Source of the DNA: an uncultured Amphritea sp.
GTDB taxonomy: Bacteria; Pseudomonadota; Gammaproteobacteria; Pseudomonadales; Balneatricaceae
DNA length: 64,000 bases
Assembly: GCA_963669425.2 (NCBI GenBank)
Contig: CAXXNC010000002.1
Coordinates: forward strand, 2,074,618 to 2,138,617
Reading direction: 5' to 3'
In this document: positions 1-10,900 of the stretch, in pieces
Layout: each line of letters begins with the position of its first letter
How positions within the stretch are numbered: position 1 is the stretch's first letter
The notes under the pieces: model-generated
Databases searched by the model: none
What the model saw: the letters and a program-made list of their open reading frames with translations, nothing else
Told to the model about the DNA's origin: nothing
Translations under genes and position numbers: made by a program

Positions 1-240
1 CTTGTTCTCGGCAAGACATCAGTGTGCCGGAGTAGTCATTCTACTGCCAACACTGATAACGCCGTCCGAGGACAAGCAAAGGCCGACCTTTCTTTTTAAA
101 AAACATAATGTTAGGGATAAGCTCAAAGCCGCATCTCTGCGTTACGGCTTTTGCCAATAGAACGACTATTACCTACAAGCCCTGCCTGGATATGCGGCTT
201 TGAGCTTATCCTGAATGAAGGTATTTGGGAGTCGGGTTAA
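1..240 (-). mobile_element. MITE-like structured repeat, copy 1 (runs off the left edge of the window)
   Basis: Inverted, diverged copy of 4116-4396. Ends in GGGTTAA at 234-240 followed by TA at 241-242, and contains the long hairpin GATAAGCTCAAAGCCGC...GCGGCTTTGAGCTTATC. Confidence 0.8.
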
Positions 241-544
241 TATCAGCCAGTGCTTTGGGCTCCAGCCCGGAACCAAAGTCATCAGCTAACTGCTGTTTCA
301 GATCGGCATCCCAGCGCATTCCTGCATTTCTGGGTAAACCATTCCGGATATTTTCTTACTGGCGCTGTGCCGGTGTTTTTCTGATCTTCGGAGGCGGGTT
401 TCTGATGTGCTGAACAGCGGTATAAAGTGATCTGATGACCTCAGGACTGTTGAACACAGACTCTGTCGGTAACAGCTCTCCGGTAGTAGGATTAATCCCG
501 TCGGCCAATGCCTCAAGATTTGCGGTAGCTTCATTGATATCCAT
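206..544 (-). pseudogene. Disrupted small conserved-type protein (nonsense codon plus MITE insertion)
   Basis: ORF MDINEATANLEALADGINPTTGE... stops at TAA 356-358. The same frame continues as ENIRNGLPRNAGMRWDADLKQQLADDFGSGLEPKALAD and then runs into the repeat terminus at 242. Confidence 0.65.
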
Positions 545-775
545 ATCATTGTCTCCTTTTGCTTAACACGTCAGGGCGTTAAAACGCACCATCAATCACA
601 GCTTCCATAATGATCGGAGCGCCACCCTACAAGGCCATTATTAAAAAGCTCCAACGGATTTTCCAGCGGTCTTTAAAGTCCCCTGAACATACAGAGCTTA
701 ATCATCCAGAGAATGATCGCCGCGAGGGCGCGCCTCCCACAGGGGTTTTCAGCCCCTGGCAATATCGACACAGAC

Positions 776-804
776 AAAAAAGGCGACCATTTGGTCGCCT
801 TTTC
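776..804. terminator. Intrinsic terminator after htpG
   Basis: AAAAAAGGCGACC-ATTT-GGTCGCCTTTT hairpin just past the htpG stop. Confidence 0.8.
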
Positions 805-818
805 TATTGGTATTCTGC

Positions 819-2726
819 TTAGCCAATCAGGTTCAGCAGCAGTTTGTTCAGCCGGCCGACATAGGCAGCCGGATCATCCAGCTGGCCACCCGCTGCCAGT
901 TGTGCCTGTTCAAACACCACTAGCGCCAGTTCCTTGAAGCGATCTTCATCCGCTTCGTTGTCCAGCTTGCTGATCAGTGGGTGCTCAGGGTTGATCTCGA
1001 AGATCGGCTTGCTGTCCGGCACTGCCTGACCCGCCGCTTCCATGATCTTACGCATCTGCATACCCATATCGTAGGCACCCAGCACTACACAGGCCGGAGA
1101 ATCAGTCAGACGGTGAGTGACGCGTACTTCGCTCACCTGCTCTTCCAGGCTGCTTTGTAGACGCTCAGTCAGGCCTTCCAGCTCTTTAGCCGTCTCTTCC
1201 TGTGCTTTCTTCTCTTCTTCGTTCTCGGTTTCACCCAGATCCAGTTCACCTTTGCTGACATCCTGGAACGACTTACCGTCGAAGTCGAACAGCTGGCTCA
1301 TCATCCACTCATCAACGCGGTCAGACATCAGCAGCACTTCGATACCTTTCTTGCGGAAGATCTCCAGGTGCGGGCTATTCTTAGCGGTGTTGTGGTTTTC
1401 AGCCACGGTGAAGTAGATCTTCTCCTGACCTTCCTGCATCCGGCTGATGTAGTCTTCCAGCGATACAGTCTGCTCAGCAGAATCGTTATGAGTAGAGGCG
1501 AAGCGCATCAGCTTCAGAATCTTCTCACGGTTGGCCATATCTTCAGCCGGACCTTCTTTCAGTACTTCACCGAACTGCTTCCAGAAGTCGTTGTACTTCT
1601 CGGCATCGTTCTTAGCCAGCTTCGCCAGCATATCCAGCGCACGCTTGGTCAGTTGAGTACGCAGCTTATCGACTACAGGATCTTTCTGCAGAATCTCACG
1701 GGATACGTTCAGGGACAGGTCGCTGGTATCCACTACACCCTTGATAAAGCGCAGGTACATCGGCAGGAACTGATCCGCTTCATCCATGATGAAGACACGC
1801 TGTACGTACAGCTTCAGGCCACGTGGAGTATCACGATTCCACATGTCATAAGGGGCATGTGCAGGCAGATACAGCAGGCTGGTGTATTCCAGGTTACCTT
1901 CAACACGGTTGTGGCTCCACTTCAGTGGCTCCTGGAAGTCGTGGGATACGTGCTTATAAAACTCGTTGTACTCGTCGTCAGAGATCTCGCTCTTGCTGCG
2001 AGTCCACAGAGCAGTCGCGGTGTTTACGGTTTCATCTTCCGCTGCCGCTGGCTCTTCGCCCTCTTCAGCCGGCATCGGCTCTTTTTCCATGACCACTGGC
2101 AGAGAGATATGATCCGAGTACTTTCGCACCAGACCGCGCAGACGGAAACCGTCGGCGAACTCCAGCTCATCATCTTTCAGGTGCAGAACGATCTGAGTAC
2201 CACGCTGAGCTTTCTCAACGGTACCGACGGTGAACTCACCTTCGCCTTCAGATACCCAGTGCACACCTTCACCGACCGCAGCACCAGCCTTACGAGTCAG
2301 TACTTCCACTTTATGCGCGACGATAAACGCAGAGTAGAAACCAACACCGAACTGACCGATCAGCTGTGAATCTTTCTTCTGATCACCGCTCAGCTGAGAC
2401 AGGAACTGAGACGTACCGGACTTAGCAATAGTACCCAGGTGGTCGATAACGTCCTGACGGTTCATACCGATGCCGTTGTCATCGATAGTGATGGTCTTGG
2501 CATCTTTGTCGAACGCGATACGGATGCGCAGATCACCATCGCCTTCATACAGTTCATTGTTGGACAACGCTTCAAAACGCAACTTATCAGCCGCATCCGA
2601 GGCGTTGGAGATCAGTTCCCGCAGGAAGATCTCTTTGTTGGAATACAGTGAGTGGATCATCAGGTGAAGCAGTTGCTTCACTTCGGTTTGAAAGCCAAGA
2701 GTTTCCTGTTGAGTTTCAGCGCTCAT
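819..2726 (-). CDS. htpG: Molecular chaperone HtpG (Hsp90)
   Basis: [40 protein letters not shown] and [16 protein letters not shown] motifs; 635 aa. Confidence 0.98.
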   Translation of the reverse strand: MSAETQQETLGFQTEVKQLLHLMIHSLYSNKEIFLRELISNASDAADKLRFEALSNNELYEGDGDLRIRIAFDKDAKTITIDDNGIGMNRQDVIDHLGTIAKSGTSQFLSQLSGDQKKDSQLIGQFGVGFYSAFIVAHKVEVLTRKAGAAVGEGVHWVSEGEGEFTVGTVEKAQRGTQIVLHLKDDELEFADGFRLRGLVRKYSDHISLPVVMEKEPMPAEEGEEPAAAEDETVNTATALWTRSKSEISDDEYNEFYKHVSHDFQEPLKWSHNRVEGNLEYTSLLYLPAHAPYDMWNRDTPRGLKLYVQRVFIMDEADQFLPMYLRFIKGVVDTSDLSLNVSREILQKDPVVDKLRTQLTKRALDMLAKLAKNDAEKYNDFWKQFGEVLKEGPAEDMANREKILKLMRFASTHNDSAEQTVSLEDYISRMQEGQEKIYFTVAENHNTAKNSPHLEIFRKKGIEVLLMSDRVDEWMMSQLFDFDGKSFQDVSKGELDLGETENEEEKKAQEETAKELEGLTERLQSSLEEQVSEVRVTHRLTDSPACVVLGAYDMGMQMRKIMEAAGQAVPDSKPIFEINPEHPLISKLDNEADEDRFKELALVVFEQAQLAAGGQLDDPAAYVGRLNKLLLNLIG

Positions 2727-2812
2727 CTATCATTTCCCAATCTGAAAAAACAAATATTGCTCCCCGACGCTCTCATACCGGACAAAAGCGCGGGGTTTTC
2801 TGTGTTGTCAGA

Positions 2813-2845
2813 TTAGATGGGGACACCCTTGAGGTTTTCAAGAGG
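2813..2845 (-). promoter_or_regulatory. Sigma32 (RpoH) promoter of htpG
   Basis: The minus strand reads CTTGAA-14 nt-CCCCATCTAA, matching the heat-shock consensus CTTGAA N13-14 CCCCATnT. Confidence 0.85.
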
Positions 2846-2856
2846 TGGTACTGAAA

Positions 2857-3570
2857 TTAATCCGTCCGGCTGATCACCAGTTGGCGCAATGTGCTGGAGT
2901 TGAATTCCCGGCGGTAAAGAATTACGACAACTCCGGAGGTCAGCACGATAAACAGCCAGGGATTGATAAACCAACCCAATACCGAGAGACTGAAATAGTA
3001 TGTACGCAGGCCCAGGTTAAAGTTATTGGCGGCCATTGAGCTCATAATCGCCAACCGGCGCACATGGGCTTTCTGCTCTTTTTCGCTGGTATCGTCACCC
3101 GGCATCGGCGCGCCTCCCATCATTACTGAGGTAAAGCCGTACTGACGCAGACTCCAGGTGAACTTAAAAAAGGCGTAGATGAAAAGACCGATCAATAGCA
3201 GGATTTTCAATTCCCATTCAGCCTTGGTGGCATGTGTGGCAAATGGAATATCACCCACCACATCGATGGCTTTCTCGGTAGCGCTCAGCACAGTCATAAG
3301 GCCTGCCAGAATCAGCATCGTTGAGGAAGCAAAGAAGGATACACTGCGTTCAAGGTTCGCTATCGCAGTGGTATCCGCGATACGGACATCGCGAGTCAGC
3401 ATCTGCGACATCCATTCCAACCGGTAACTGTGCATTACACTGGCCAGACAGTGCGTATCTTTCGCCCGGCGCTTGGTATAGGCGTTATATCCCTTGAAGC
3501 AGATCAGAAACCAGATCAGCGCCAGCAGATTAAGCCAGTTGTCAGTCACAAAAGCGGTAAGCTGTTCCAT
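2857..3570 (-). CDS. DUF599-like integral membrane protein
   Basis: 237 aa with several TM segments; R..W...M..RD.RI.D, FFASSTML and FNLGLRTYYF motifs. Confidence 0.8.
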   Translation of the reverse strand: MEQLTAFVTDNWLNLLALIWFLICFKGYNAYTKRRAKDTHCLASVMHSYRLEWMSQMLTRDVRIADTTAIANLERSVSFFASSTMLILAGLMTVLSATEKAIDVVGDIPFATHATKAEWELKILLLIGLFIYAFFKFTWSLRQYGFTSVMMGGAPMPGDDTSEKEQKAHVRRLAIMSSMAANNFNLGLRTYYFSLSVLGWFINPWLFIVLTSGVVVILYRREFNSSTLRQLVISRTD

Positions 3571-3736
3571 ATTGGTATCCGGTCCGGTCAGTGTTCATAA
3601 GTCATTGTAATTAAATATGATGCACAGACAACCTTGGTCGCCGGATCAGCTGCAGATAACCCGCCAGCAAAGGCAGATATCTGTTCTGAGTGCTAACCTT
3701 TCACTGTGATAAACCCGCACTGTGGGAGAAAAACCT

Positions 3737-4081
3737 ATGAATACCTTAACCATCGACTCCTGGTGTAAGCCGGAGGGCGCCGAAAGATCGATGCCTATGG
3801 GCGAGATCTCATTCCGGGTCAGTGAAGGATATCATCTGGAAATGGAGTCCCTCGGAGAACGCCTGGCGACCAATACCGATACCAGCCAGGGGGAAATACC
3901 GGTCGATATGAGCACACTTGAACTGAAGACACCGAATGAATGTGGCACTCTGCTGGATTGCAGTTTTCATGTCTATGTCAGTAAAAAGGACCACCGCAAT
4001 CACTTCTTTCTGAAGGGGCACCGGGCTCAGGATAACGCGCTGGTTTACACCAACGCCGTTATGGTGGATGAGCTGGGCTAA
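3737..4081 (+). CDS. Hypothetical protein
   Basis: GGGAGA RBS before ATG 3737 (MNTLTIDSWCKP...); 114 aa; fills the gap between neighbouring genes. Confidence 0.7.
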   Translation: MNTLTIDSWCKPEGAERSMPMGEISFRVSEGYHLEMESLGERLATNTDTSQGEIPVDMSTLELKTPNECGTLLDCSFHVYVSKKDHRNHFFLKGHRAQDNALVYTNAVMVDELG

Positions 4082-4115
4082 CGCAAACAGCCGCATAAGA
4101 GTGAACGCTCTCTTA

Positions 4116-4396
4116 TTAACCCTGCACCTAAATACCAGCCATTCAGGGCAAACTCAAAGCCGCATATCAAGGCAGGGCTTGCAGATAATAGTGGTTCTAT
4201 TAGCAAAAGCAGTAACGCAGAGAGGCGGTTTTGAGTTTGTCCCTAACAATATGTTTTAAAAAAGAAAGGTCGCCCTTTGCTTGCCCTCGGACGGCGTTAT
4301 CAGTGTTGGAAGTAGAATGACTACTCCGGCACACTGATGTCTTGCCGAGAACAAGCAAAGGACGACTGAATAACCGGTATTTAGGTGCAGGGTTAA
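4116..4396 (+). mobile_element. MITE-like element, 281 bp, about 30-bp terminal inverted repeats, TA on both sides
   Basis: TA|TTAACCCTGCACCTAAATACC...GGTATTTAGGTGCAGGGTTAA|TA; two internal long hairpins (4145-4244, 4269-4366); second copy at 1-240; no plausible gene inside. Confidence 0.8.
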
Positions 4397-4539
4397 TATT
4401 ACCTCTGACATTATCAGAGAGCGTTTTTCGCAACATTTCTGATCTCTGTTGCTGCATTGCAGTAGCATCATTTTTGTCACCCTGTATCATCGTCCAACGA
4501 TTGCCCCCTCCAGATTGACAAGCGACAGGACCGATAAGC

Positions 4540-5403
4540 TTGAACAGCCATACTTCGCCACTGCTGCTCGGTGCAGGCCTTGCACTGGCAACATCACTGA
4601 TCATGAGTATTGCCGCAGCCGCGATTAAATACACCGCCAGCTATGTTTCCATCGAGCAAATAGTTCTGGTGCAGTACATGGTCTGTGTTGCAGTGATGCT
4701 ACCCTGGCTGATGCGCAAAGGACTCTATACCCTGAAAACAGAAAAGCCCGGCCTGCATCTTATCCGGGGACTGTGTGGCTGGCTCTGTTTCTACACTTAC
4801 TATCTGGCACTGGACCGGATTCCGATGGTTGAAGCAGCGCTGTTACGTAACTCCGCTCCTCTCTGTGTCCCGTTATTGGTTTTAATCTGGTTGGGCTACC
4901 GAATGCCGAATCGCCAGTGGCTGCCAGTGATTGTCGGCTTTATCGGCATCGCGCTGGTACTGAAACCTCAGGGTGACAGTCTGAGCCTTTGGCACCTGGT
5001 GGCTTTTGCGTCGGCGCTGACGCTGGCAGGCTCCATCGTCAGTACCCGGGTACTCACCGGTTCAGAGCCCACTAACCGGATTCTGTTCTACTATTTCGGG
5101 CTCTCTGCGCTATTCAGTCTGCCCTTGGCGCTACAAAACTGGGAACCTATTCCCCTGTTCAGCATCCCACTGATGGCAGGTATCGGGTTATCGGTCTGGG
5201 TAATTATGTGGCTCTATACCCGGGCCTATAGTTATGCCAAAGCGACTGTAATCGCACCGATCAGCTATTTCGGTGTATTGTTCACCGGACTGTTGGGCTG
5301 GCTTTTCTGGCAGCAGGTTCCTGATATGATGGCAGTTATAGGTGCCGCACTGATTATCAGCGGCGGCATTTCATCGGTCTGGCTTGGACGGGAAGCACAC
5401 TGA
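4540..5403 (+). CDS. DMT/EamA family transporter
   Basis: 287 aa with about 10 TM segments in two EamA-like halves. Confidence 0.9.
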   Translation: MNSHTSPLLLGAGLALATSLIMSIAAAAIKYTASYVSIEQIVLVQYMVCVAVMLPWLMRKGLYTLKTEKPGLHLIRGLCGWLCFYTYYLALDRIPMVEAALLRNSAPLCVPLLVLIWLGYRMPNRQWLPVIVGFIGIALVLKPQGDSLSLWHLVAFASALTLAGSIVSTRVLTGSEPTNRILFYYFGLSALFSLPLALQNWEPIPLFSIPLMAGIGLSVWVIMWLYTRAYSYAKATVIAPISYFGVLFTGLLGWLFWQQVPDMMAVIGAALIISGGISSVWLGREAH

Positions 5404-5721
5404 ATGTATATCGAACTCAACGATCTTTTCTGGCTCACTCTGGTAGGACTGCTGCTGATGCACTGGTGGCGCGGTCAGAAAGCTAAAGAGGTCGCCCTGA
5501 AAGCCGCTCGCCAATACTGCAAGGAGATGGATATCCAGTTGCTGGACCAGAGCATCTACCTGCGCGGCCTCTGGCTGAAACGTGATGACAGCGGCAAGAT
5601 CCGCGTCTGGCGTTCCTACCTGTTTGATTTTACTGCAACCGGTGAAGACCGGGCCCGGGGACGAGTGATTATGCTGGGCTACAACATCACCAACATCCAG
5701 CTGGATGCCCACCGGATCTGA
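5404..5721 (+). CDS. DUF3301-like protein
   Basis: N-terminal TM followed by CKEMDIQLLDQS...Y.FDF...GEDR..G..IMLG; starts directly after the EamA stop. Confidence 0.8.
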   Translation: MYIELNDLFWLTLVGLLLMHWWRGQKAKEVALKAARQYCKEMDIQLLDQSIYLRGLWLKRDDSGKIRVWRSYLFDFTATGEDRARGRVIMLGYNITNIQLDAHRI

Positions 5722-5831
5722 GCTTTTTTTGTAGCACAATGCTGCCCCAGATCAGATCAATCGCTTACTGAACAGGCGTAGCATAAAGTTATCAGGAAGG
5801 TTCTGTGTAACAAGACAACAGGTATAACACT

Positions 5832-6836
5832 ATGGCTGTATTGGATGACCTGCTTGAAAAGATCGACCAGCAAGAATTCGAACAACTGAGTGCCGAGGTG
5901 CGTGCGGTTATACCCCAGCATCAGCACTGGCTCAACAAGCTAAATATCGCTCTGCTCACAAAAACACCAGTCAGTTCCGAAGACGCCTGGTGCTGCTGCT
6001 CTCACAGCCACTGCCAGTTTGGTCAGTGGATCGAACAGGTACTGAAGAAAAGCGTGTTTCAGCATAATTTCTTCTATCACCTGGATGATCTGCATCGTGA
6101 GTTTCATGGTCTGGCCAATCAACTGATCATCAACCTCAATGAACAGCAACCTTTCGACCTTGCAGTCTATGAGCAGCTTCTGAATATTCAGCACAGTTTC
6201 TCTGCGCAGCTACTCCATCTGCTCGAGTTCAGTGCGGTAAGTAAGCACCAGTTTGATATTACTACCGGCCTGATGAACCGGCGCAGCGTGGATTCTGTAC
6301 TGGCATACGAAAAGTACCGCCTGCACCGAAATCTCCAGTTCCGCTGTTTTATTGCGCTGCTGGATATTGATCACTTCAAACTAATCAACGATCAGTATGG
6401 TCATGATATCGGGGATCAGGTACTGAATCAGATCGCAACAGTGCTGCAATCAATGACCCGGCAGAGCGATGTCATCGCCCGTTATGGTGGCGAGGAATTT
6501 CTGTTTGTGCTGCCGGAGATGAAGCTGGAAGAAGCACTGGAAGGCATCGAACGGGTGCGCCGGCGACTGGCAGAAACTCCTTTGCGAATTAATGATCTTC
6601 AGATCAATGTCACTGCATCCTTTGGTGTCACAGAGTTATGCCGTGAATGCGATGTCGAGAAATCACTGAAGCGAGCCGACGTGGCGCTCTATCAGTCAAA
6701 ACAAGAAGGCCGTAACCGCACTGCTTACATCGATATCAATGAATTTGATGAGCAGGAACGCCAGATCGGCATCGGCCCGATCAATGATGAGTTTACCTAC
6801 CTGATGTCGCAGTACAGCCGTCTGGTAAACGCTTAA
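5832..6836 (+). CDS. Diguanylate cyclase with N-terminal CZB domain (DgcZ-like)
   Basis: HQHWL, CQFGQW and LHREFH CZB motifs; RQSD I-site and GGEEF active site. Confidence 0.88.
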   Translation: MAVLDDLLEKIDQQEFEQLSAEVRAVIPQHQHWLNKLNIALLTKTPVSSEDAWCCCSHSHCQFGQWIEQVLKKSVFQHNFFYHLDDLHREFHGLANQLIINLNEQQPFDLAVYEQLLNIQHSFSAQLLHLLEFSAVSKHQFDITTGLMNRRSVDSVLAYEKYRLHRNLQFRCFIALLDIDHFKLINDQYGHDIGDQVLNQIATVLQSMTRQSDVIARYGGEEFLFVLPEMKLEEALEGIERVRRRLAETPLRINDLQINVTASFGVTELCRECDVEKSLKRADVALYQSKQEGRNRTAYIDINEFDEQERQIGIGPINDEFTYLMSQYSRLVNA

Positions 6837-6845
6837 TTCCAGACT

Positions 6846-7844
6846 TTACAGCTGCAATACGACAAGTTTCAGCGGATGCTGGCCATCCGGAGAGGGAAAG
6901 TCAGTTTCCGGTTCTATCCGCTGAATATCCTGCACCGGCCTACCCGCTTTTGCGGCACAACGCTGTACAACATCCAGCCATTCCTCATAGGGCACACTGG
7001 CAACATTGTTAGCGCATACCAACTGACCGCCAGGCTTTGTCGCCAGCAGTGAGGGCTTGAGAACGCTGGGGTAATCGCGAATCAGATCGACGGTACCAAA
7101 AGGGCTTTTCGCCCAGCGCGGCGGATCAAGAAACACCAGATCAAACTGCTCTTTATCGATCCGGGGAAATGGCTTTGGCTTACGACCCCGGCCGACGCGC
7201 TGACGAATCGGAATACCGGCCAGTTGCTTGGCTGCGGTAAAGAAATCACTCTGGAAGAAACTGATCTGTTCACCGGTCAGGTTATTCAGCTCAGCATTGC
7301 GCTCTCCTACCTGCAAAGACCGCGTAGAAAAATCAACGTTCAGCACCCTGGTGGCTTGCGCAGCTGCGGCAACCACACCAACACCGCAGGTATATGAAAA
7401 CAGGTTCAGTACTGATTTGCCTACGGCATTTTGCTGAATCCAGCGACGTCCGGCGCGCATATCCAGAAACAGCAAAGGATCCTGTCCCTGATGCTTACCC
7501 TTCACCTGATAACTGACGCCCAGTTCATGGCCGACATATTCAGTATCGTCCAGCTGATGCTCGTCACTTCGACGGGAATTACGGGCACTGCGATCATTGT
7601 AAACAGGTTCAAGGTCCGCAGAGAGAAAGCTATTCACCACCGCTGTAATCTCAGACACCTGAGCCTGATCAATCGGACTATGGAACGTCTGAATAAGCAG
7701 TTGTGGGCCGTAACGATCAACCGTAAGACCTGCTGCACCTTCATTGGTACCATGAAACAGGCGGTAACAATCAGTGTATTCAGCAGCCAGTTGCTGCAGT
7801 AAGTCAGTGCGTCGCTCAAGAGCCTGCTGGAGCAGATCGATCAT
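6846..7844 (-). CDS. Class I SAM-dependent methyltransferase (RlmI/RlmK-like)
   Basis: GLTVDRYG, VLNLFSYTCG and FLDPP motifs. Confidence 0.85.
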   Translation of the reverse strand: MIDLLQQALERRTDLLQQLAAEYTDCYRLFHGTNEGAAGLTVDRYGPQLLIQTFHSPIDQAQVSEITAVVNSFLSADLEPVYNDRSARNSRRSDEHQLDDTEYVGHELGVSYQVKGKHQGQDPLLFLDMRAGRRWIQQNAVGKSVLNLFSYTCGVGVVAAAAQATRVLNVDFSTRSLQVGERNAELNNLTGEQISFFQSDFFTAAKQLAGIPIRQRVGRGRKPKPFPRIDKEQFDLVFLDPPRWAKSPFGTVDLIRDYPSVLKPSLLATKPGGQLVCANNVASVPYEEWLDVVQRCAAKAGRPVQDIQRIEPETDFPSPDGQHPLKLVVLQL

Positions 7845-7922
7845 CGGATATCCTTTATGAAAGCCACAGACACGGGGTACTCTGTCCCCGGTATCAGAGA
7901 GGCGGCTACTATAACACGGATA

Positions 7923-10900
7923 CTACACCATAGAGCTATGAATACAGTGCTGCAATTCAGTGCTGACGGCTTGTAAGTGAGTCAGCTCTTTCTCTATCTC
8001 TGATCGGGTTCCCGAGGGCCGTAACTCGACCAACTTCTTGCCCAACTGATGAATCTGTTGATGCAGATTGAGTATCTGGACCATCGCATCATTAGCCAAC
8101 CGATTCTTAACTGTAGAATTCTGTAGCCAGAAACCAAACCGGCAATCAGTATGCTCAAGCTCCGGGGGAGTTGGCCGGTTACCACGCATATAATCCCGCA
8201 TCGCCTGTACCCAGGCACGGTGTTCCACTGCTGCAAACAGAAAAGACAGATCATCACGATTGATCCGAGTCTGCTGGGACCAGCTTGCCGGTGGAGTCCA
8301 GTCCTGAATCCAGCCCGGAAGTTCTTTAGCAGGCATAGGTCTGGCAATGGCATATCCTTGCGCCCGGGTACAACCCAGCTGGAGCAGGATCTGCCCCTGT
8401 TTCTCATCTTCCACACCTTCGGCAATAATGTGACGACGGAACGCAGAAGACATACCGATCACACCATCCAGAATCGCCAGATCATCAGCGTCTTCAAGCA
8501 TATCCCGAACAAAGGAGCGATCAATTTTCATGGTTTTAGCCGGCAGATGCTTGAGATAGTTCAGCGACGAATAGCCGGTCCCGAAATCATCCAGCGCAAA
8601 GCTGATACCCATATCCTCACACTGACGCATAACCTGGGATACCCGGGTAATATCCTGCAGGGCACTGGTTTCAAGAATTTCCAACTCAATCAGGGAGTGG
8701 TCAAGATCCGGATAGACGTCCAGCATCGCCTTAAGGCTGGCGACAAAGTCCGGCGTTAACATCTGTTGAGCACTGATATTGATACTGACCGGTATGCAGC
8801 AACCATCTTGAAGCCACTGATTCACCTGGGCCAGCGCGTCACTGATAACCCAGTTACCCAATTCAACAGCCAGAGGATGATCTTCTACAACTGGCAAAAA
8901 CTCTGCTGGAGATAACAAACCACGCTGTGGATGATTCCAGCGAATCAGCGCTTCAGCACCCAGAATTTCACCGCTGTGCATATCCACTTTCGGCTGGTAA
9001 TAGAGTTCAAACTCCTCACCCTGCAGCGCCTTCTGAACACTCTGGATAATATCCCGCTGACCGATAAGGCTGTTTTCATGCTCGGTATCAAACAGGTGAT
9101 AGCCGTTTTTACCCGCCATCTTGGCCTGATACATCGCCTGATCGGCTTGCCGGATCAACTGATCGGCCTCGACTTTGTCCTCCTGTGGACAGAAGGTCAC
9201 CCCCATACTGGCCGAAACCGTCAGCACCTTATCATCAACAGATATTGGCTGAGTAATCTCCCGTTGAATCCGGTTCAACATCGGCAGTGCTGCGGTCTTA
9301 TCCTTAAGATCAATCAGGACCGCAACAAATTCATCACCGCCCAGACGGGCAATGGTATCCCCTTCACGCAGCACTTCCCGGAAACGATGGGCAATAGTGA
9401 CAAGTAACTGATCCCCGACATCGTGACCAAACTGATCGTTAATCTCTTTAAAGCCGTCCAGATCGATATAGACCACCGCCAGCATCTGCTCACGACGCTG
9501 TTGCTGACTGATAGCCTGATGCAGACGATCTGCCAGTAGACCCCGGTTGGGCAACCCTGTGAGACGGTCATGGTAAGCGGCATGTTCCAGCTGATTCTGT
9601 TGTTCTTTCAGCACTGTGACATCGGCACACACTCCGATCCACTTATAAGGTTTACCCGTTTCATCCAACAGGGGCAGAGCCTGATCACTCCAGTAACGGT
9701 AATGACCATCTTTATGGCGCATCCGATACTGATAGCTGATCGGTGAAGTACTTGAGCGATGCAGCTCAACGGCATCACTTAACTGATCGACATCTTCAGG
9801 ATGGATCAGATCGAGCCAGGCTTCTATATTGCTGCTGATTTCACCTTTTTCAAAACCCAGTATGCCGTCGATATCACCAAACCAACTCAGGCCATTTGTC
9901 GCGACATCCCACTCATAGATCAGATCGTACGCAACTTTACCGGCCAGTTTGAAACGCTGTTCACTTTCCCGCAGAGCCTGCTCTGTTTCCTTATGCGCTG
10001 TAATATCAACGGAAATACCGCACAGCGCATAAATAGATCCATCTTCCCTGCGCAATGGCAGTTTTGTCGCTTTATAGATAGCCGATTTACCAGTCTGTCT
10101 GACCGTGCCGCGCTCCTCTTCTCGGAGAACTTCTCCCTGATCCAGAACCCGTCTGTCATTCGCCTGAATTTCAGCGGATGTCTCGGCATCAAAAAAGTCA
10201 TAATCGGTGTGACCGATGATTTTATCCTGGCCAACCTGCCAGAGATCGCATACCGGCTGATTCGCGAACAAATAACGGCCATCCATATCCTTCAGGAAGA
10301 TATAGGCATCAACATTATCCAGAATGGTTTGCAGTTTAGTTTCATTCTCAGCCAGCAGCTCCTGAGCCCGAACAATGTCAGTAATATCATGGGCGATCAC
10401 CAGAATCCGGGACCGCCCCTGCAGATCCTTATAAGGCGTTTTGGTAGATTTAAAGTGTCTTATCTCTCCGGTATTACCGTCGGTACTGTCCTCGAACACC
10501 ACCTCCGTCTCACCGCGGGCCATAATATCAAGCACATTGTTGCGCATCGCATCTGCCAGTTCAGCAGGCACCCCGAAGTCAGCATCATCTTTACCCACCA
10601 TCTGTTCAGGTGTGGTGTCGTAAAGCCTTGCCACAGTCTCATTACAAAGCAGGAACTTGCCCCGCTCATCTTTCAGGACCATCACATCCGGCAGGTTATT
10701 GATCAGAGACTGCATCAACTCCTGCTGCTGACCGAACTGTTTCTGCAACTGTTTCTTACTCTGTAGCAGTTTCAGGGTCACACCACAAAGAGCAACAACG
10801 AGCATGGTAAGCAAAGCCGTCAGATAGCCTGTCGGGCCTGATAAAACCGATTGCGAATCAGCCGCACTGGGCAGAGAGAAAGAACTGAGAAAAACGATCA

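Noticed and set aside
105-216. Integron attC interpretation of the hairpin (GTTAGGG...CCTGAAT)
   Set aside because: The core sites are in the wrong order for attC (RYYYAAC must precede GTTRRRY), there is no cassette array or integrase, and the TIR plus TA structure explains it better.
1368-2369. 333-aa plus-strand ORF and other ORFs overlapping htpG
   Set aside because: Antisense shadows of a well-supported gene; no motifs or RBS.
4200-4634. 144-aa minus-strand ORF spanning the repeat
   Set aside because: It crosses the MITE boundary and overlaps the EamA start; it is a by-product of the repeat.
5747-5760. FNR box upstream of the CZB cyclase
   Set aside because: Only the ATCAA half-site matches.
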